A DNA stretch of 64,000 nt. It comes from Rhodospirillales bacterium. GTDB lineage: Bacteria; Pseudomonadota; Alphaproteobacteria; Bin95. The stretch spans positions 2,432,894-2,496,893 of the forward strand of contig JAYQLI010000035.1 in assembly GCA_038143065.1 (NCBI GenBank), written 5' to 3'. Of this stretch, positions 1 to 9,755 are shown piece after piece. The notes beneath the pieces were generated by a model, which saw only the letters and a program-made list of their open reading frames with translations, did no database searches and was not told the DNA's origin. The translations under genes and the position numbers were made by a program. The number at the start of each line of letters is the position of its first letter. Positions within the stretch are counted from its first letter, which is position 1.

Positions 1-344
1 TGGAGCCTTTGAAGCGGGGTGGTGGCCGACGTTATTATAAACCTGAAGATGTTGAGGCACTACGTCGTATTCGAGCCTTGCTATACCGCGATGGATTTAC
101 AATCAGAGGTGTTCAGCAGCTTTTAAAAAGTCACGGCGGCAAGCCCCCTTCAGGTGTTGCGGCGGCTGGGGACAAAGTTGAGGTAGTTGAAGCGCCTGCT
201 GTTAGCCTGAAATCGGATATTCCGCCGGAAATTGGGCAGCGTCAGTTAGATTTTGGTTTGTCGTCACGGCAAATCGATCGATTGAAGTCTGTTTTGTTGG
301 AGCTTAAGTCCATGCGTTCAGACCTTATGAAAGAGCTCCAATAA
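1..344 (+). CDS. MerR-family transcriptional regulator, 5' truncated by the window edge
   Basis: KRGGGRRYYKPEDVEALRRIRALLYRDGFTIRGVQ is the C-terminal half of the MerR HTH that usually lies between ihfA and tRNA-Pro in Proteobacteria; tRNA-Pro follows here. Confidence 0.85.
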   Translation, partial: EPLKRGGGRRYYKPEDVEALRRIRALLYRDGFTIRGVQQLLKSHGGKPPSGVAAAGDKVEVVEAPAVSLKSDIPPEIGQRQLDFGLSSRQIDRLKSVLLELKSMRSDLMKELQ

Positions 345-369
345 CTTATTTTTGATAAGCCTGAAGTGA

Positions 370-398
370 TTGACGAAAGCTTAATCACACAGCATATT
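370..398 (+). promoter_or_regulatory. Putative sigma70 promoter of tRNA-Pro
   Basis: TTGACG (370-375), 17-nt spacer, CATATT (393-398), about 30 nt upstream of the tRNA. Confidence 0.55.
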
Positions 399-429
399 CG
401 CCGAAGTTTTGTTGATGATTTAATTATGT

Positions 430-506
430 CGGAGCGTAGCGCAGTCTGGTAGCGCATCACACTGGGGGTGTGGGGGTCGTAGGTTCAAATCCTGCCGCTC
501 CGACCA
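430..506 (+). tRNA. tRNA-Pro (anticodon GGG)
   Basis: Cloverleaf: acceptor CGGAGCG/CGCTCCG, D-arm GCGCAGTCTGGTAGCGC, anticodon stem TCACA/TGTGG with loop CTGGGGG, T-loop GGTTCAAATCC, encoded 3' CCA. Confidence 0.97.
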
Positions 507-530
507 ATTTTAAAACCACAATTTTCTTAA

Positions 531-1708
531 TCAGCCTTTGATACTCAAAAGACTTTCTAAGTTGAGCTCGGTTTTTTGCAAACCTTGTCTTGGGATATAC
601 TGTTTAGTGTCGGTCAATCGGGCGCTGTTCAAAAATTTTAGCTGATTACGAATAATAATTTCTTGAATAGCTGAAACATAAATTTCCCGGGATGTTGAAT
701 AATTAGTTAGGGTCTCTGCAAGTTTGTAGCCTGAGATTGGTTTTCCAGCCTTGCGTAGATTAAATCGAATGTTACGAAAGCCCTCATAAGCATGAGAGGT
801 ATTCAGGTTTTTTGCGTATGATCGTGAAGCATCAAGCACATTATTGAACGCGCGTACTCTGTATTTTTTACCTTCAGGTCGTTCGAGTGGAACCATTCCC
901 TTGTCTTTTGGATTCCAAGTCCATTGACCGTAAATTGCATTACCCATTTGCGCAAAGCGTGATACTCCCCACCCACTTTCCTTTGCTGCTTGGGCAATTG
1001 CTAGGGCTGGAGGGATCACATCGACACGCTTTAAAAGCTGGTCAAAATCCATCGAAGTTAATTCATAATCATCAAAAATCTTTGCTAACCATTTCAAATC
1101 GGATTCACTTATTTTTGTTACTTTTGATAAATCCAACCGAAGTTTTAGTATGCGACTACGGTCTCGAAGGATCTCTTCGTTCGCTGCCAAAATATGAGGT
1201 AGCATCGACGAAATAAATGCCTGCTTTCTGCGTTGCACATCACGTATTTCGGGTAAATCACTGGGTAACCGTGAGAGAAAGAGCCGGGGTGCATCTGCAC
1301 CCTTTTTACAGCCTCTAATGAGCGGTCGCGGTCTCTCCAAAATGCCTCTAATGCAGGAACAGTAGGCTGTTTAGATAGTTGCTTGATGTAAGAAGTCTTG
1401 GCTGCAAAATTAAGAGAAACAGGGAGTTCACTTAAAAGGGTGAAAACTGGAAGATTTGTTCTTGTTAGTGTGATGTAATTAAGAGGTAATTCTGCAGTAA
1501 AGTTTTGATTTTCGAGTTTAGACCATGCATCGATGTTGATTGATGAATGCGGATCTTTCGCAGAGTTCGGGGACATCTTTTCAGAAGGAGCTGCTGTATC
1601 CGCTTCAGCGGCAACATATGTAGCGCTTACCGCTATCAGTAGTCATAGGGCCAAGAACTGCTTAAAAAGCCCTGGTCCGGTATAAGTTCTCATATGTTTG
1701 CTGGTCAT
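531..1708 (-). CDS. Bax/FlgJ-like glucosaminidase-domain protein (peptidoglycan hydrolase), frameshifted
   Basis: RVDVIPPALAIAQAAKESGWGVSRFAQMGNAIYGQW and YAKNLNTSHAY motifs in 531..1340. The N-terminal part lies in other frames (1145..1576 and upstream); start at ATG 1708 is inferred. Confidence 0.75.
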
Positions 1709-1752
1709 TTCAAATATAAGTCGCATTTGCCAAGAATACTTACTGACGTCCA

Positions 1753-2313
1753 TCAGTAAGGGGCTGGGCGAACTTCTTGAACCTCAGGAATGAAATGCCG
1801 AAGCATATTTTCGATCCCCATTTTCAGAGTAGCGGTTGAACTAGGGCAGCCTGCACATGCGCCCTGCATCGACAAATAAACAATACCTTCCTCAAACCCT
1901 CGGAAAACTATATCGCCACCGTCTCCCGCCACTGCTGGACGAACTCGAGTATCTAAAAGCTCCTGGATCTGCTGAACCACGGGGTCACTGAAGTCTGGCC
2001 CATCCTCTTCGCCATCGAGTTCCGCTTCATTGTTTATTACAGGAAGCCCACGGGTAAAGTGCTCCATAATTGCACCCAAGACAGCAGGCTTTAAAATTTG
2101 CCACTCAATCATTTCAGATTTTGAAACCGAGATGAAATCTTTTCCCAGAAAAACAGCGGTGACACCTTCAATGTCAAACAGGGCAAGGGCAAGAGGTGAA
2201 TCTTGAGCAGCCCCTATGTTTTGAAAATCAGCGGAGCCAGCAGCAAGTACTTCCACACCTGGAATGAATTTCAGTGTCGCCGGGTTTGGTGTTGTTTCAG
2301 ATTGGATGAACAT
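1753..2313 (-). CDS. NifU/Nfu-family Fe-S cluster carrier
   Basis: MFIQSETTPNPATLKF N-terminus and C-terminal VRPAVAGDGGDI...QGACAGCPSS (CxxC). Start moved to ATG 2313. Confidence 0.93.
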   Translation of the reverse strand: MFIQSETTPNPATLKFIPGVEVLAAGSADFQNIGAAQDSPLALALFDIEGVTAVFLGKDFISVSKSEMIEWQILKPAVLGAIMEHFTRGLPVINNEAELDGEEDGPDFSDPVVQQIQELLDTRVRPAVAGDGGDIVFRGFEEGIVYLSMQGACAGCPSSTATLKMGIENMLRHFIPEVQEVRPAPY

Positions 2314-2433
2314 ATTTTTACCCTCAAAGCCAGCAGCGTATTGTTTTATGAAATGGATGCTCAACTAGAGCTATAATCCCAGCTCTTATTATCCCTTATT
2401 TTGATTGGAAAGTTAATATATCAAGTAATAATG

Positions 2434-2479
2434 ATTTCTAGCGGCTAGAAATGCATGGAATGCCAATGCATTCCATGCA
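2434..2479. repeat. Two abutting perfect inverted repeats between soeC and nfu
   Basis: ATTTCTAGC-G-GCTAGAAAT (2434-2452) and TGCATGGAATGC-CAAT-GCATTCCATGCA (2452-2479). Confidence 0.8.
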
Positions 2480-2549
2480 GTATCCTGACTTTAGTGGGCA
2501 ATCTTAACTGGAACGGCTGTGAGTTAAAATTGCACTTACGAACTTTCTG

Positions 2550-3476
2550 CTAGCTGCTGTAAAAGGCCGAGACTGCATGCTTGGCTTCGGCAAAAAATAA
2601 CCATCTTTCAACTGCAGCTCCACCGATTGATAAAAGGGCAGCGATGCTCCACGTCATCTGAGATAAGCCATCATTTAAAATGCCAATTAACCCAAGGATG
2701 ACTGGTGCCAGAAAACCCATGCCTAGAACAATTTTCCTTAATTTTTCTGAATGTTTCCGTGCTAACCTAAACCCCATTTCTTTGTTTATATAGTTTGCTG
2801 TTGCGTGTGGAGCCTCGAGTTGTCGAACTTTTCCGAGTTTACCTAAGCCGGTTGCGCTCTCTGAGGTTAGGGAAATTACTCGTGATGCGCGCTTCCAATA
2901 GGAAATTTTCATGCCTGCCAGTGTGATAGCAGCTATCACTGATAAGACGGCGGGCAATTGGCCTTCACCATCGAAAAAGCTTATCAGCGCAGCCGAGGCA
3001 AATCCGCCAGTCAAAATTGCATAGGTGAGGTAAACTGGCGTCGTGAGTCTTGATTGCCACGCTGCGATAGGTTTCAAAGATTGATAGATCATGCCGGTGC
3101 ACAATACTGTTGTGAGGGCAGTTAGAATCCCTAGCCAGGATGAGATAACCCAAAAGTTTCCTTGCACATCAGTGACCATTCCAAGCCAAGCGAGGCTTAT
3201 AAAGACAAGGCTTAAGACAGCTACAATACCTTCTCGGGAAAGCCACGATGACCGCCATTGGCTGAACGCACGCCAAGCGCGGCGAGGGTTACCTAAGTGC
3301 ATTGTTGAGGCCAGAAGGCCAAAGGTGATAGCTGCCAAAGCTATCATTAGGCCTATGCCTCCAAGCCATTGATCATCCACAACTTTGGTTAGGTTTAGGA
3401 TAAGAATCCAAAACGCCAAACCGTATCCAAAACCGGAAGAAGTTGTGAAGAAGATAACGGAGTATGCCGGATGCAT
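2550..3476 (-). CDS. soeC: Sulfite dehydrogenase membrane anchor (DmsC/NrfD family)
   Basis: MHPAYSVIFFTTSSGFGYG, STMHLGNPRRAWRAFSQWRSSWLSREG, ERWLFFAEAKH; multiple TM segments; follows soeAB. Confidence 0.88.
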   Translation of the reverse strand: MHPAYSVIFFTTSSGFGYGLAFWILILNLTKVVDDQWLGGIGLMIALAAITFGLLASTMHLGNPRRAWRAFSQWRSSWLSREGIVAVLSLVFISLAWLGMVTDVQGNFWVISSWLGILTALTTVLCTGMIYQSLKPIAAWQSRLTTPVYLTYAILTGGFASAALISFFDGEGQLPAVLSVIAAITLAGMKISYWKRASRVISLTSESATGLGKLGKVRQLEAPHATANYINKEMGFRLARKHSEKLRKIVLGMGFLAPVILGLIGILNDGLSQMTWSIAALLSIGGAAVERWLFFAEAKHAVSAFYSS

Positions 3477-3488
3477 TTTTTTTCCAAA

Positions 3489-4211
3489 CTAGTTTGAAAG
3501 TAATCGATCGACCCATTGCAAAAGACCATTTTGTGGATCATCATTTATCGATCGTTCCTGAGCTTTTTTTGAAGTTCGAGGTGGAAGATACTTATTTGTT
3601 GGCTTATAGCCGAGCTCTTGTCCAAGATCATAGCCGCCGCGGCTAGCAACTAACTTCGAGACTTCAGAATTTGGATCTCCAAGATCCCCAAAGTGACGAG
3701 CGGAAGCTGGGCAAGTAGCAACGCAGGCTGGCACTCGCTCATTTTCAGGAAGCGTTTCGTTATAAATTCGGTCAATGCAGAGGGTGCATTTTTTCATGAC
3801 ACCCGCATGTGGATCATATTCTCTAGCTCCATACGGGCATGCCCAGGAACATAGCTTACAGCCGATACATTTATCTTCATCAACAAGGACAATTCCATCT
3901 TCCGTTCTTTTGTACGATGCCCCGGTTGGACAAACGGATACGCATTGAGGTTCGGCACAATGAAGACATGAGCGCGGAAAGTGCACAGTGCGGCCTGTTT
4001 CACGATCCCCTGCTTCATAGGTATGGACTCTGTTAAACCAAACGCCATCTGGATTTGAATCATAAGGATTCAGGTCGGTCAGAGGTGCCATGTGGCCCCC
4101 GGTGTTCCATTCCTTACAATTTACGGCGCAGGCATGACAGCCAACACAGGTATCTAGGTCTATAACAAGACCAAGGCTCTTGGCTGGATTACTTTTGGGT
4201 AAGCTAGTCAT
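3489..4211 (-). CDS. soeB: Sulfite dehydrogenase 4Fe-4S subunit
   Basis: Four Cys clusters: CVGCHACAVNC, CLHCAEPQCVSVCP, CIGCKLCSWACP, CTLC...CVATCP. ATGA overlap with soeA. Confidence 0.9.
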   Translation of the reverse strand: MTSLPKSNPAKSLGLVIDLDTCVGCHACAVNCKEWNTGGHMAPLTDLNPYDSNPDGVWFNRVHTYEAGDRETGRTVHFPRSCLHCAEPQCVSVCPTGASYKRTEDGIVLVDEDKCIGCKLCSWACPYGAREYDPHAGVMKKCTLCIDRIYNETLPENERVPACVATCPASARHFGDLGDPNSEVSKLVASRGGYDLGQELGYKPTNKYLPPRTSKKAQERSINDDPQNGLLQWVDRLLSN

Positions 4212-7075
4212 TGCACTTGGCCCTTTGTCTTAAAAGCAGCACCGTATTGTAGGAGGTTTGGTCGCTTGCCACTGGAAGGGTTTTGCGGAAGAGATGGTGC
4301 CAGAGGTTCGGTCTTATCAGCGCCAGCTGGTGCTGGTTCTAGTTGAACCCGTAGGTCAAACCAAGCCGCTTGGCCGGTCACAGGGTCGGCATTTGGCCAC
4401 TGAATTCCATTAGATTTTGGCAAGAGTTCAGAGATCAGATGGTTGAGCAGAAACCCTTCGTTGCTCTCTGGAGCATCATCTGACAAGCCCCAAGCACCTC
4501 GTCGTTTTCCGATGGCGTTCCAGGTCCAGACAGTCCTTGGATTAACACCTTCCATAGTCTTGATGCGGGCCTTGATTTTACCTGTTGGGCTTTTTACGTA
4601 CACCCAACCATTGTCCTCTAACCCCAGACTCTCTGCGAGTTCTCTGGCCACAAAGAGACGATTGGACGTATGAATTTGTCGAAGCCAAGCGTTTTGTGAA
4701 CCCCAAGAATGGTACATTGCCATAGGGCGCTGAGTTATAGCGTGAAGTGGATAATCGCCACTGGGATCTTCCAATCCGTTGAGGGGCGGGCGCCAACGAG
4801 GTATAGGATCAAAATTTTCCAGGATACGTTGCCTGGCTTCAGCTGTTGGTGGTTGAATGTCTCCATGCCCGGCAGCTGCTTGATGGAATGCCTGCATTGG
4901 TTCTGAATAAATGCGTAAAACGATGGGATCTGCAGAGGGTATGAAACCCATTCCTTTTGCCCATTCCAAGTAATTTTTATTGGAATGTTTAAAGTAACGC
5001 TGATCTGGCTCAAGATGGTGCTTCCAAAAGGCGCCGTTTTTAATATACCGATCGAGTTGGTTTGGATTAGGTGGCCCTACGCCACTTCTTTCACCGTCAT
5101 CACCACGCCAACCCGCTAGAGGGCCAACGCCGGGAGCTCGCTCATGATTAACGATATAGTCTGCATATCCCCCTGGATACCGTGCTGATCCGTTGTCTGT
5201 AGTGAATGCGGGAAGGCCAAGTCTGTAGCCTAGGTCTATAACTACGTCTTGGAATGCTCGAACGTCTCGATCTGGTTCAACAACGGGCTGGCGAATTGCA
5301 TCCGCAGGCCCTTCTGCATCAGAAATAGGTCGGTCCAGGATAGATATAGCATCCCATCTTTCTAGGTAGGTCGTATCTGGTAACACCAGATCTGCATATG
5401 CGACTGTCTCGGACCAGAAAGCGTCACTATATATGAAATGTTTAATTTTATACTCACCAGTACTTTCATCAATCGCCGTTAAATTTTTCAATGCATTGGC
5501 GACATTCATGGACGAGTTCCAACCCATATTCGCCATGTACATGAAAAGGACATCTACTGGGGTTGGGTTTGCTTTGCCCGCGTTCTCAATAACCATATGC
5601 ATTAGCCCATGTGCTGAGAGAGGGGCCTCCCAGCTGTAAGCATGGTCAATACGAATAGGTCCCCCGGTCTCATCTAGGAGAAGATCCTCTGGTCCTCCCA
5701 CAAATCCCAGCGGCATTCCAGGAATAGGTTCACCTGCTTTGATTTGGGAGAGTTTGCCAGGTGGTTTTGGGCCCGGAGGAATGGGCTTTGGGAAAGGGGC
5801 TTTGTAGCGAAAGGACCCTGGTGCATCCACCGCACCTAAAAGCATTTGCAAAACATGCAGTAATCTGCACGTGTCAAACCCATTAGAATGGGCTGAGATT
5901 CCGCGCATCGCATGAATTGAAACTGGGCGGCCCTTCATGCTTTCGTGTCGAACCCCGCGCCAGTCAGTCCACGGTTGTTGAATTTCCATGGGGTCATCAA
6001 ATGCAGACGAGGCTATTTCTTGAGCGAGATGTCGAATGCGCTCGGCGGGAACATCCGTTAATTTTGATACAGATTCTGGAGAATGCTCAGGCTCGAGATA
6101 TCGTTCAGCTAAAAGTTGAAAAACACTTTTTGCCTTTTGGCCCCCAGGAAGATCGCGCTCTCCTATGAGGGCTAGTTTTGCTTCTACGGTACGCGCTGGA
6201 ATCAATTTGTTATTGATTCCATCCCAGCTTAGAGGTTGTCCTTCATCATCTCGCACCACCTGTCCATGATTAGCATGGCCGGGATTCTGTATGACCAACC
6301 AGCTAGCGTCCGTTGTTTGGGCCAAGAACTCAAGATCGATGCGATCTGTTCGGAGGAGTTCATGGATGAGAGCACCAATTAAAGCGCCATCCGTACCAGG
6401 ACGCACTCCAATCCATTCATCAGCGATGGCTGAGTAGCCGGTTCTAACAGGGTTAACTGAGACAACTTTAGCTCCTCTAGCTTTCATCTTGCCGAGGCCG
6501 ATTTTTATTGGATTTGAATCATGGTCCTCTGCAACCCCAAACAAGAGAAGTATCCGGGCATTTTCCCAATCAGGTTCGCCAAATTCCCAAAAAGACCCGC
6601 CTATAGAATACAGTCCACCAGCTGCCATGTTGACTGAACAAAAACCGCCATGTGCTGCAAAATTAGGTGTGCCGAATTGTGCCGCCCAGAAACCAGTGAG
6701 GGCCTGCGATTGATCGCGTCCAGTGAAAAAGGCAAGGCGACGAGGGTCGTTATTCCTAACTTCCGATAGCCAACCAGTTGCCAATCGCAGTGCTTCTTCC
6801 CATTCAATCTCTTCAAATTTACCTTCGCCGCGTGCTCCAACTCGTTTGAGAGGCTTAGACAGTCGGGCAGGGGAATAATGGTGCATAATACCTGCAGAGC
6901 CTTTGCCGCAGAGGACACCTTTATTGACTGGATGGTCGGGGTTACCGTCGATATAGCGGATTTTGCCATCACGTAAGTGAACACGGATACCGCACCGACA
7001 GGCGCACATGTAGCAAGTGGTGGTCTTTACGGTATCAGCGACAGGTCTGGAGGTTTCTATTTTTTCTTGTTTCAT
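4208..7075 (-). CDS. soeA: Sulfite dehydrogenase molybdopterin catalytic subunit (DMSO reductase family)
   Basis: TTCYMCACRCG Fe-S motif, no Tat signal, AFFTGRDQSQ, HGGFCSVNMAAG, AMRGISAHSNGF, MYHSWGSQN; 955 aa; matches my recollection of SoeA of Ruegeria/Allochromatium. Confidence 0.9.
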   Translation of the reverse strand: MKQEKIETSRPVADTVKTTTCYMCACRCGIRVHLRDGKIRYIDGNPDHPVNKGVLCGKGSAGIMHHYSPARLSKPLKRVGARGEGKFEEIEWEEALRLATGWLSEVRNNDPRRLAFFTGRDQSQALTGFWAAQFGTPNFAAHGGFCSVNMAAGGLYSIGGSFWEFGEPDWENARILLLFGVAEDHDSNPIKIGLGKMKARGAKVVSVNPVRTGYSAIADEWIGVRPGTDGALIGALIHELLRTDRIDLEFLAQTTDASWLVIQNPGHANHGQVVRDDEGQPLSWDGINNKLIPARTVEAKLALIGERDLPGGQKAKSVFQLLAERYLEPEHSPESVSKLTDVPAERIRHLAQEIASSAFDDPMEIQQPWTDWRGVRHESMKGRPVSIHAMRGISAHSNGFDTCRLLHVLQMLLGAVDAPGSFRYKAPFPKPIPPGPKPPGKLSQIKAGEPIPGMPLGFVGGPEDLLLDETGGPIRIDHAYSWEAPLSAHGLMHMVIENAGKANPTPVDVLFMYMANMGWNSSMNVANALKNLTAIDESTGEYKIKHFIYSDAFWSETVAYADLVLPDTTYLERWDAISILDRPISDAEGPADAIRQPVVEPDRDVRAFQDVVIDLGYRLGLPAFTTDNGSARYPGGYADYIVNHERAPGVGPLAGWRGDDGERSGVGPPNPNQLDRYIKNGAFWKHHLEPDQRYFKHSNKNYLEWAKGMGFIPSADPIVLRIYSEPMQAFHQAAAGHGDIQPPTAEARQRILENFDPIPRWRPPLNGLEDPSGDYPLHAITQRPMAMYHSWGSQNAWLRQIHTSNRLFVARELAESLGLEDNGWVYVKSPTGKIKARIKTMEGVNPRTVWTWNAIGKRRGAWGLSDDAPESNEGFLLNHLISELLPKSNGIQWPNADPVTGQAAWFDLRVQLEPAPAGADKTEPLAPSLPQNPSSGKRPNLLQYGAAFKTKGQVQ

Positions 7076-7569
7076 GCGAATGACTGCACTTCCTCTTCGG
7101 ACATGTTGCCGGGCACTATGACAAGCGGGATATGTAGTCGGCCAATCGCCTTACCCGTTATTTCTGTGATGAGAGGGCCAGGCCCCTCCTTTCCAGTGTT
7201 AGCAGCTAGAATGAGAAACGCAATGCCGCTGTCTTCTTCAATCTGTTGAACGACTTCTTCACCGCATTGACCTTCTCGTATATATAAAAGAGGTGTCAGA
7301 CCTGATAGGCGTTTAACTCTATCCGCTGCTTGGAGGAGACGGCGCTCTGCGTCTGCGCGAGCCTCTTCACGCATTAGATCGCCAACTGATGCCCAATGCT
7401 GAAATGCATCCGCTTGCTCCATTACAAAGAGTAACCCTACCCGCGCCCCTGTTCGTTTGGAGCGCATCGACGCGTAATCAAGAGCAATATGCAGCTCATC
7501 GGTGTCGTCTAAAACACATAAGAGCACACGATTGGTTCTACTAGAACTAGGAGAGACGTCGTTATTCAT
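7072..7569 (-). CDS. Universal stress protein (UspA family)
   Basis: LLCVLDDTDELHIALDYA...LYIREG...GPGPLI...IPLVIVPG. Start moved to ATG 7569; stop overlaps the soeA ATG. Confidence 0.85.
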   Translation of the reverse strand: MNNDVSPSSSRTNRVLLCVLDDTDELHIALDYASMRSKRTGARVGLLFVMEQADAFQHWASVGDLMREEARADAERRLLQAADRVKRLSGLTPLLYIREGQCGEEVVQQIEEDSGIAFLILAANTGKEGPGPLITEITGKAIGRLHIPLVIVPGNMSEEEVQSFA

Positions 7570-7592
7570 GATGCATCCTTCGCTGGCAAAGC

Positions 7593-8324
7593 CTAACTGC
7601 GTCTGAAGACTAGGCCGCCAAGCCATCCTGCGCTGAGGGCAATAGCGATTGCAATTATACCGTAGGTTAGAGGCTGGTTATGGGCGAGGTCGAATACGTA
7701 GGCGCTGAAACCAACTTTGCGGACTGCAAGTGGAGTACTTGCTCCTGCCACCGGCCATCCATCTACAACTTGGTAAACGGTCACAGAGTAAGTGCCAACA
7801 GGTGTTGATGCTGGAAATGGAATTTTTACTCGAAACAAACCATCTGGACGAATTTGCACTGTTCCGGGTGAGTCAGAATATAATTTGGCACGTGTTTTGA
7901 GCTCAATGAGAGCTTCTCTGAAAGTTTCACTACGTTTTGTTTCGGTTTTGGCATTCAGGCCGAGGTACTTGGCACCAAGACCAGTCTCTGCAAGAATGGT
8001 TTCAATTCGCCCATCGGCATTAAGGTTTGGCGTTGCAGCAACAAAATAGAACCCGGGGGCAGAGTCAAATAAGACTTCGGTTTTGTTCACCCATATGCCA
8101 CCCACTCGCTCTTTTCGCCGGACTGTTGTGCTAAACTCTGGACCTTTAACAATTACCAGTATGTCTTCTGTGTTACCTTTGTGGCCGAATAAAAGGAGCT
8201 CAGTGCCATCAAACCCCGCGTTGATCTCTATTTCGTGGCTCGAAAGATCAGTTGCAATCTGTTGAGCCTTCGCAAATGTGAGTGGTATCAATGCGCTAAG
8301 GATTAGCGCTAGCATTTGCATCAC
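7593..8324 (-). CDS. TIGR02186-family membrane-anchored protein
   Basis: Signal peptide, GFDGTELLLFG, VRRKERVGGIWVN, LFRVKIPFPASTPVGTY, C-terminal TM helix; directly downstream of tauE, as is usual for this family. Confidence 0.85.
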   Translation of the reverse strand: MMQMLALILSALIPLTFAKAQQIATDLSSHEIEINAGFDGTELLLFGHKGNTEDILVIVKGPEFSTTVRRKERVGGIWVNKTEVLFDSAPGFYFVAATPNLNADGRIETILAETGLGAKYLGLNAKTETKRSETFREALIELKTRAKLYSDSPGTVQIRPDGLFRVKIPFPASTPVGTYSVTVYQVVDGWPVAGASTPLAVRKVGFSAYVFDLAHNQPLTYGIIAIAIALSAGWLGGLVFRRS

Positions 8325-9244
8325 TTCATTCCTGTTTGGATAGTGACCGAATATGGAAAGCTTGGTGTGGCAACCAATTCAAAGAGGATGCCACCACAGG
8401 TCGCGAGAACCAAGACGGCAAGCAAAACACGAAATTGTTCCCCGGGTAATTTATTGCCTAACCGTGTTCCAAGTTGAACTCCTGCGATGGATCCAACTAG
8501 CATTAAAACGGCCAGAATAATATCTACGGTTTGATTCAGCCATGCCTGCATTAAGGTGACATTCATCACGACAAACAAAATTTGAAATAGCGATGTCCCA
8601 GCGACTACGGATGTTGGCATTCCTATGAGATAAATCATTGCGGGCACCATTATAAAACCTCCACCAACGCCCATAAGGGCTGCTAGAAGGCCTACAAAAG
8701 CACCGACAGCCAAAGGTAAGAGTGCTGAAACATATAAACGGGATTTATGAAAACGCATTTTAAAGGGTAGACCGTGTACCCATATATGAGTGTGCAGTTT
8801 GCCGCGTTGTGCAGTTCCGCGTCGTTTTCTTGCAATTGACCGAACTGACTCAAAGAACATTAAGCTTCCAATTACGCCCAAGAAAACGACATAAGAAAGT
8901 CCAATTACAACGTCTACTTGACCGACTGATTGTAATTCTCGAAAGAGAAAGACGCCTAGGGTAGACCCTATGACGCCACCCACTAGCAGTACTCCGCCCA
9001 TCTTGAAATCAACGCTCCGGCGTCGCCAGTGCGCCAATACCCCAGTTATTGAGGTTGCAACTAGTAAATTTGCTCCGGATCCAACTGCTACTGCTGGGGA
9101 TACTCCTATAAACATGAGCAATGGTGTCATGAGAAACCCGCCACCAACGCCAAATACGCCAGACAATATTCCCACAGCAGCGCCAAGCCCTATCAACAAG
9201 AAGACGTCGACTGAAATTTCTGCAATAGGGAGGTAAACGTGCAT
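8321..9244 (-). CDS. TauE/SafE (sulfite exporter) family permease
   Basis: MHVYLPIAEISV start; duplicated GVFGVGGGF / ALMGVGGGF motifs; multiple TM segments. Confidence 0.9.
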   Translation of the reverse strand: MHVYLPIAEISVDVFLLIGLGAAVGILSGVFGVGGGFLMTPLLMFIGVSPAVAVGSGANLLVATSITGVLAHWRRRSVDFKMGGVLLVGGVIGSTLGVFLFRELQSVGQVDVVIGLSYVVFLGVIGSLMFFESVRSIARKRRGTAQRGKLHTHIWVHGLPFKMRFHKSRLYVSALLPLAVGAFVGLLAALMGVGGGFIMVPAMIYLIGMPTSVVAGTSLFQILFVVMNVTLMQAWLNQTVDIILAVLMLVGSIAGVQLGTRLGNKLPGEQFRVLLAVLVLATCGGILFELVATPSFPYSVTIQTGMK

Positions 9245-9373
9245 ATGGCCCTTGCCCAATCAGCGAACTAAGCTGTTGTTTCCCGGTACTTTTTTGTTTT
9301 TAAAAAAGATAGATGGGTTCGCTTAAATTTAATAGACCTTCCCCCAACGCATTCTTTCAAGGGTGCAGCCAGC

Positions 9374-9721
9374 TCACTCCCCATCTTCCCTCTGCTTAAA
9401 AAGTGGGTTTTCTAAGGCATCGTCTAGTACTTCAACGACCCAAATATCGCGGTCAATTTTGAATTCCTTTGCAATACGTTCATCCGCTGCAACTTCTGTC
9501 TGGGAATTCTCTGGAAGAAGGTTTCGCCAGTTCCACCTTCCATCATCAGTGAGCGACTGGCCATACAAATATGCACACCCGCTTCGGCTGTAGACTTTTA
9601 TAAAAACGGATCCTGCATCAGGGTCGCCTCGGCGAAGAACAGCAGCCGGGTATCCCGATATTTCTGCTGATCTTAAGCAGGAGTCCACAACCACTCGTGA
9701 CCTTAGGCGTTCCGAAGTCAA
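9374..9721 (-). CDS. DUF1491-family protein
   Basis: AAVLRRGDPDAGSVFIKV...D(R)DIWVVEV. Start probably TTG 9721, preceded by GGAAGGAA. Confidence 0.75.
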   Translation of the reverse strand: MTSERLRSRVVVDSCLRSAEISGYPAAVLRRGDPDAGSVFIKVYSRSGCAYLYGQSLTDDGRWNWRNLLPENSQTEVAADERIAKEFKIDRDIWVVEVLDDALENPLFKQREDGE

Positions 9722-9755
9722 AGTGCTTTCCTTCCGCTCCAAAGAAGCTGCGACC

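Noticed and set aside
430-530. tRNA-Pro as the attachment site of a genomic island
   Set aside because: No integrase or phage gene follows, and I saw no duplicated tRNA 3' end in the window.
2550-7075. DMSO reductase (dmsABC), formate dehydrogenase or nitrate reductase
   Set aside because: The catalytic subunit has no Tat signal and carries SoeA-type motifs (FFTGRDQSQ, HGGFCSVNM, AMRGISAHSNG).
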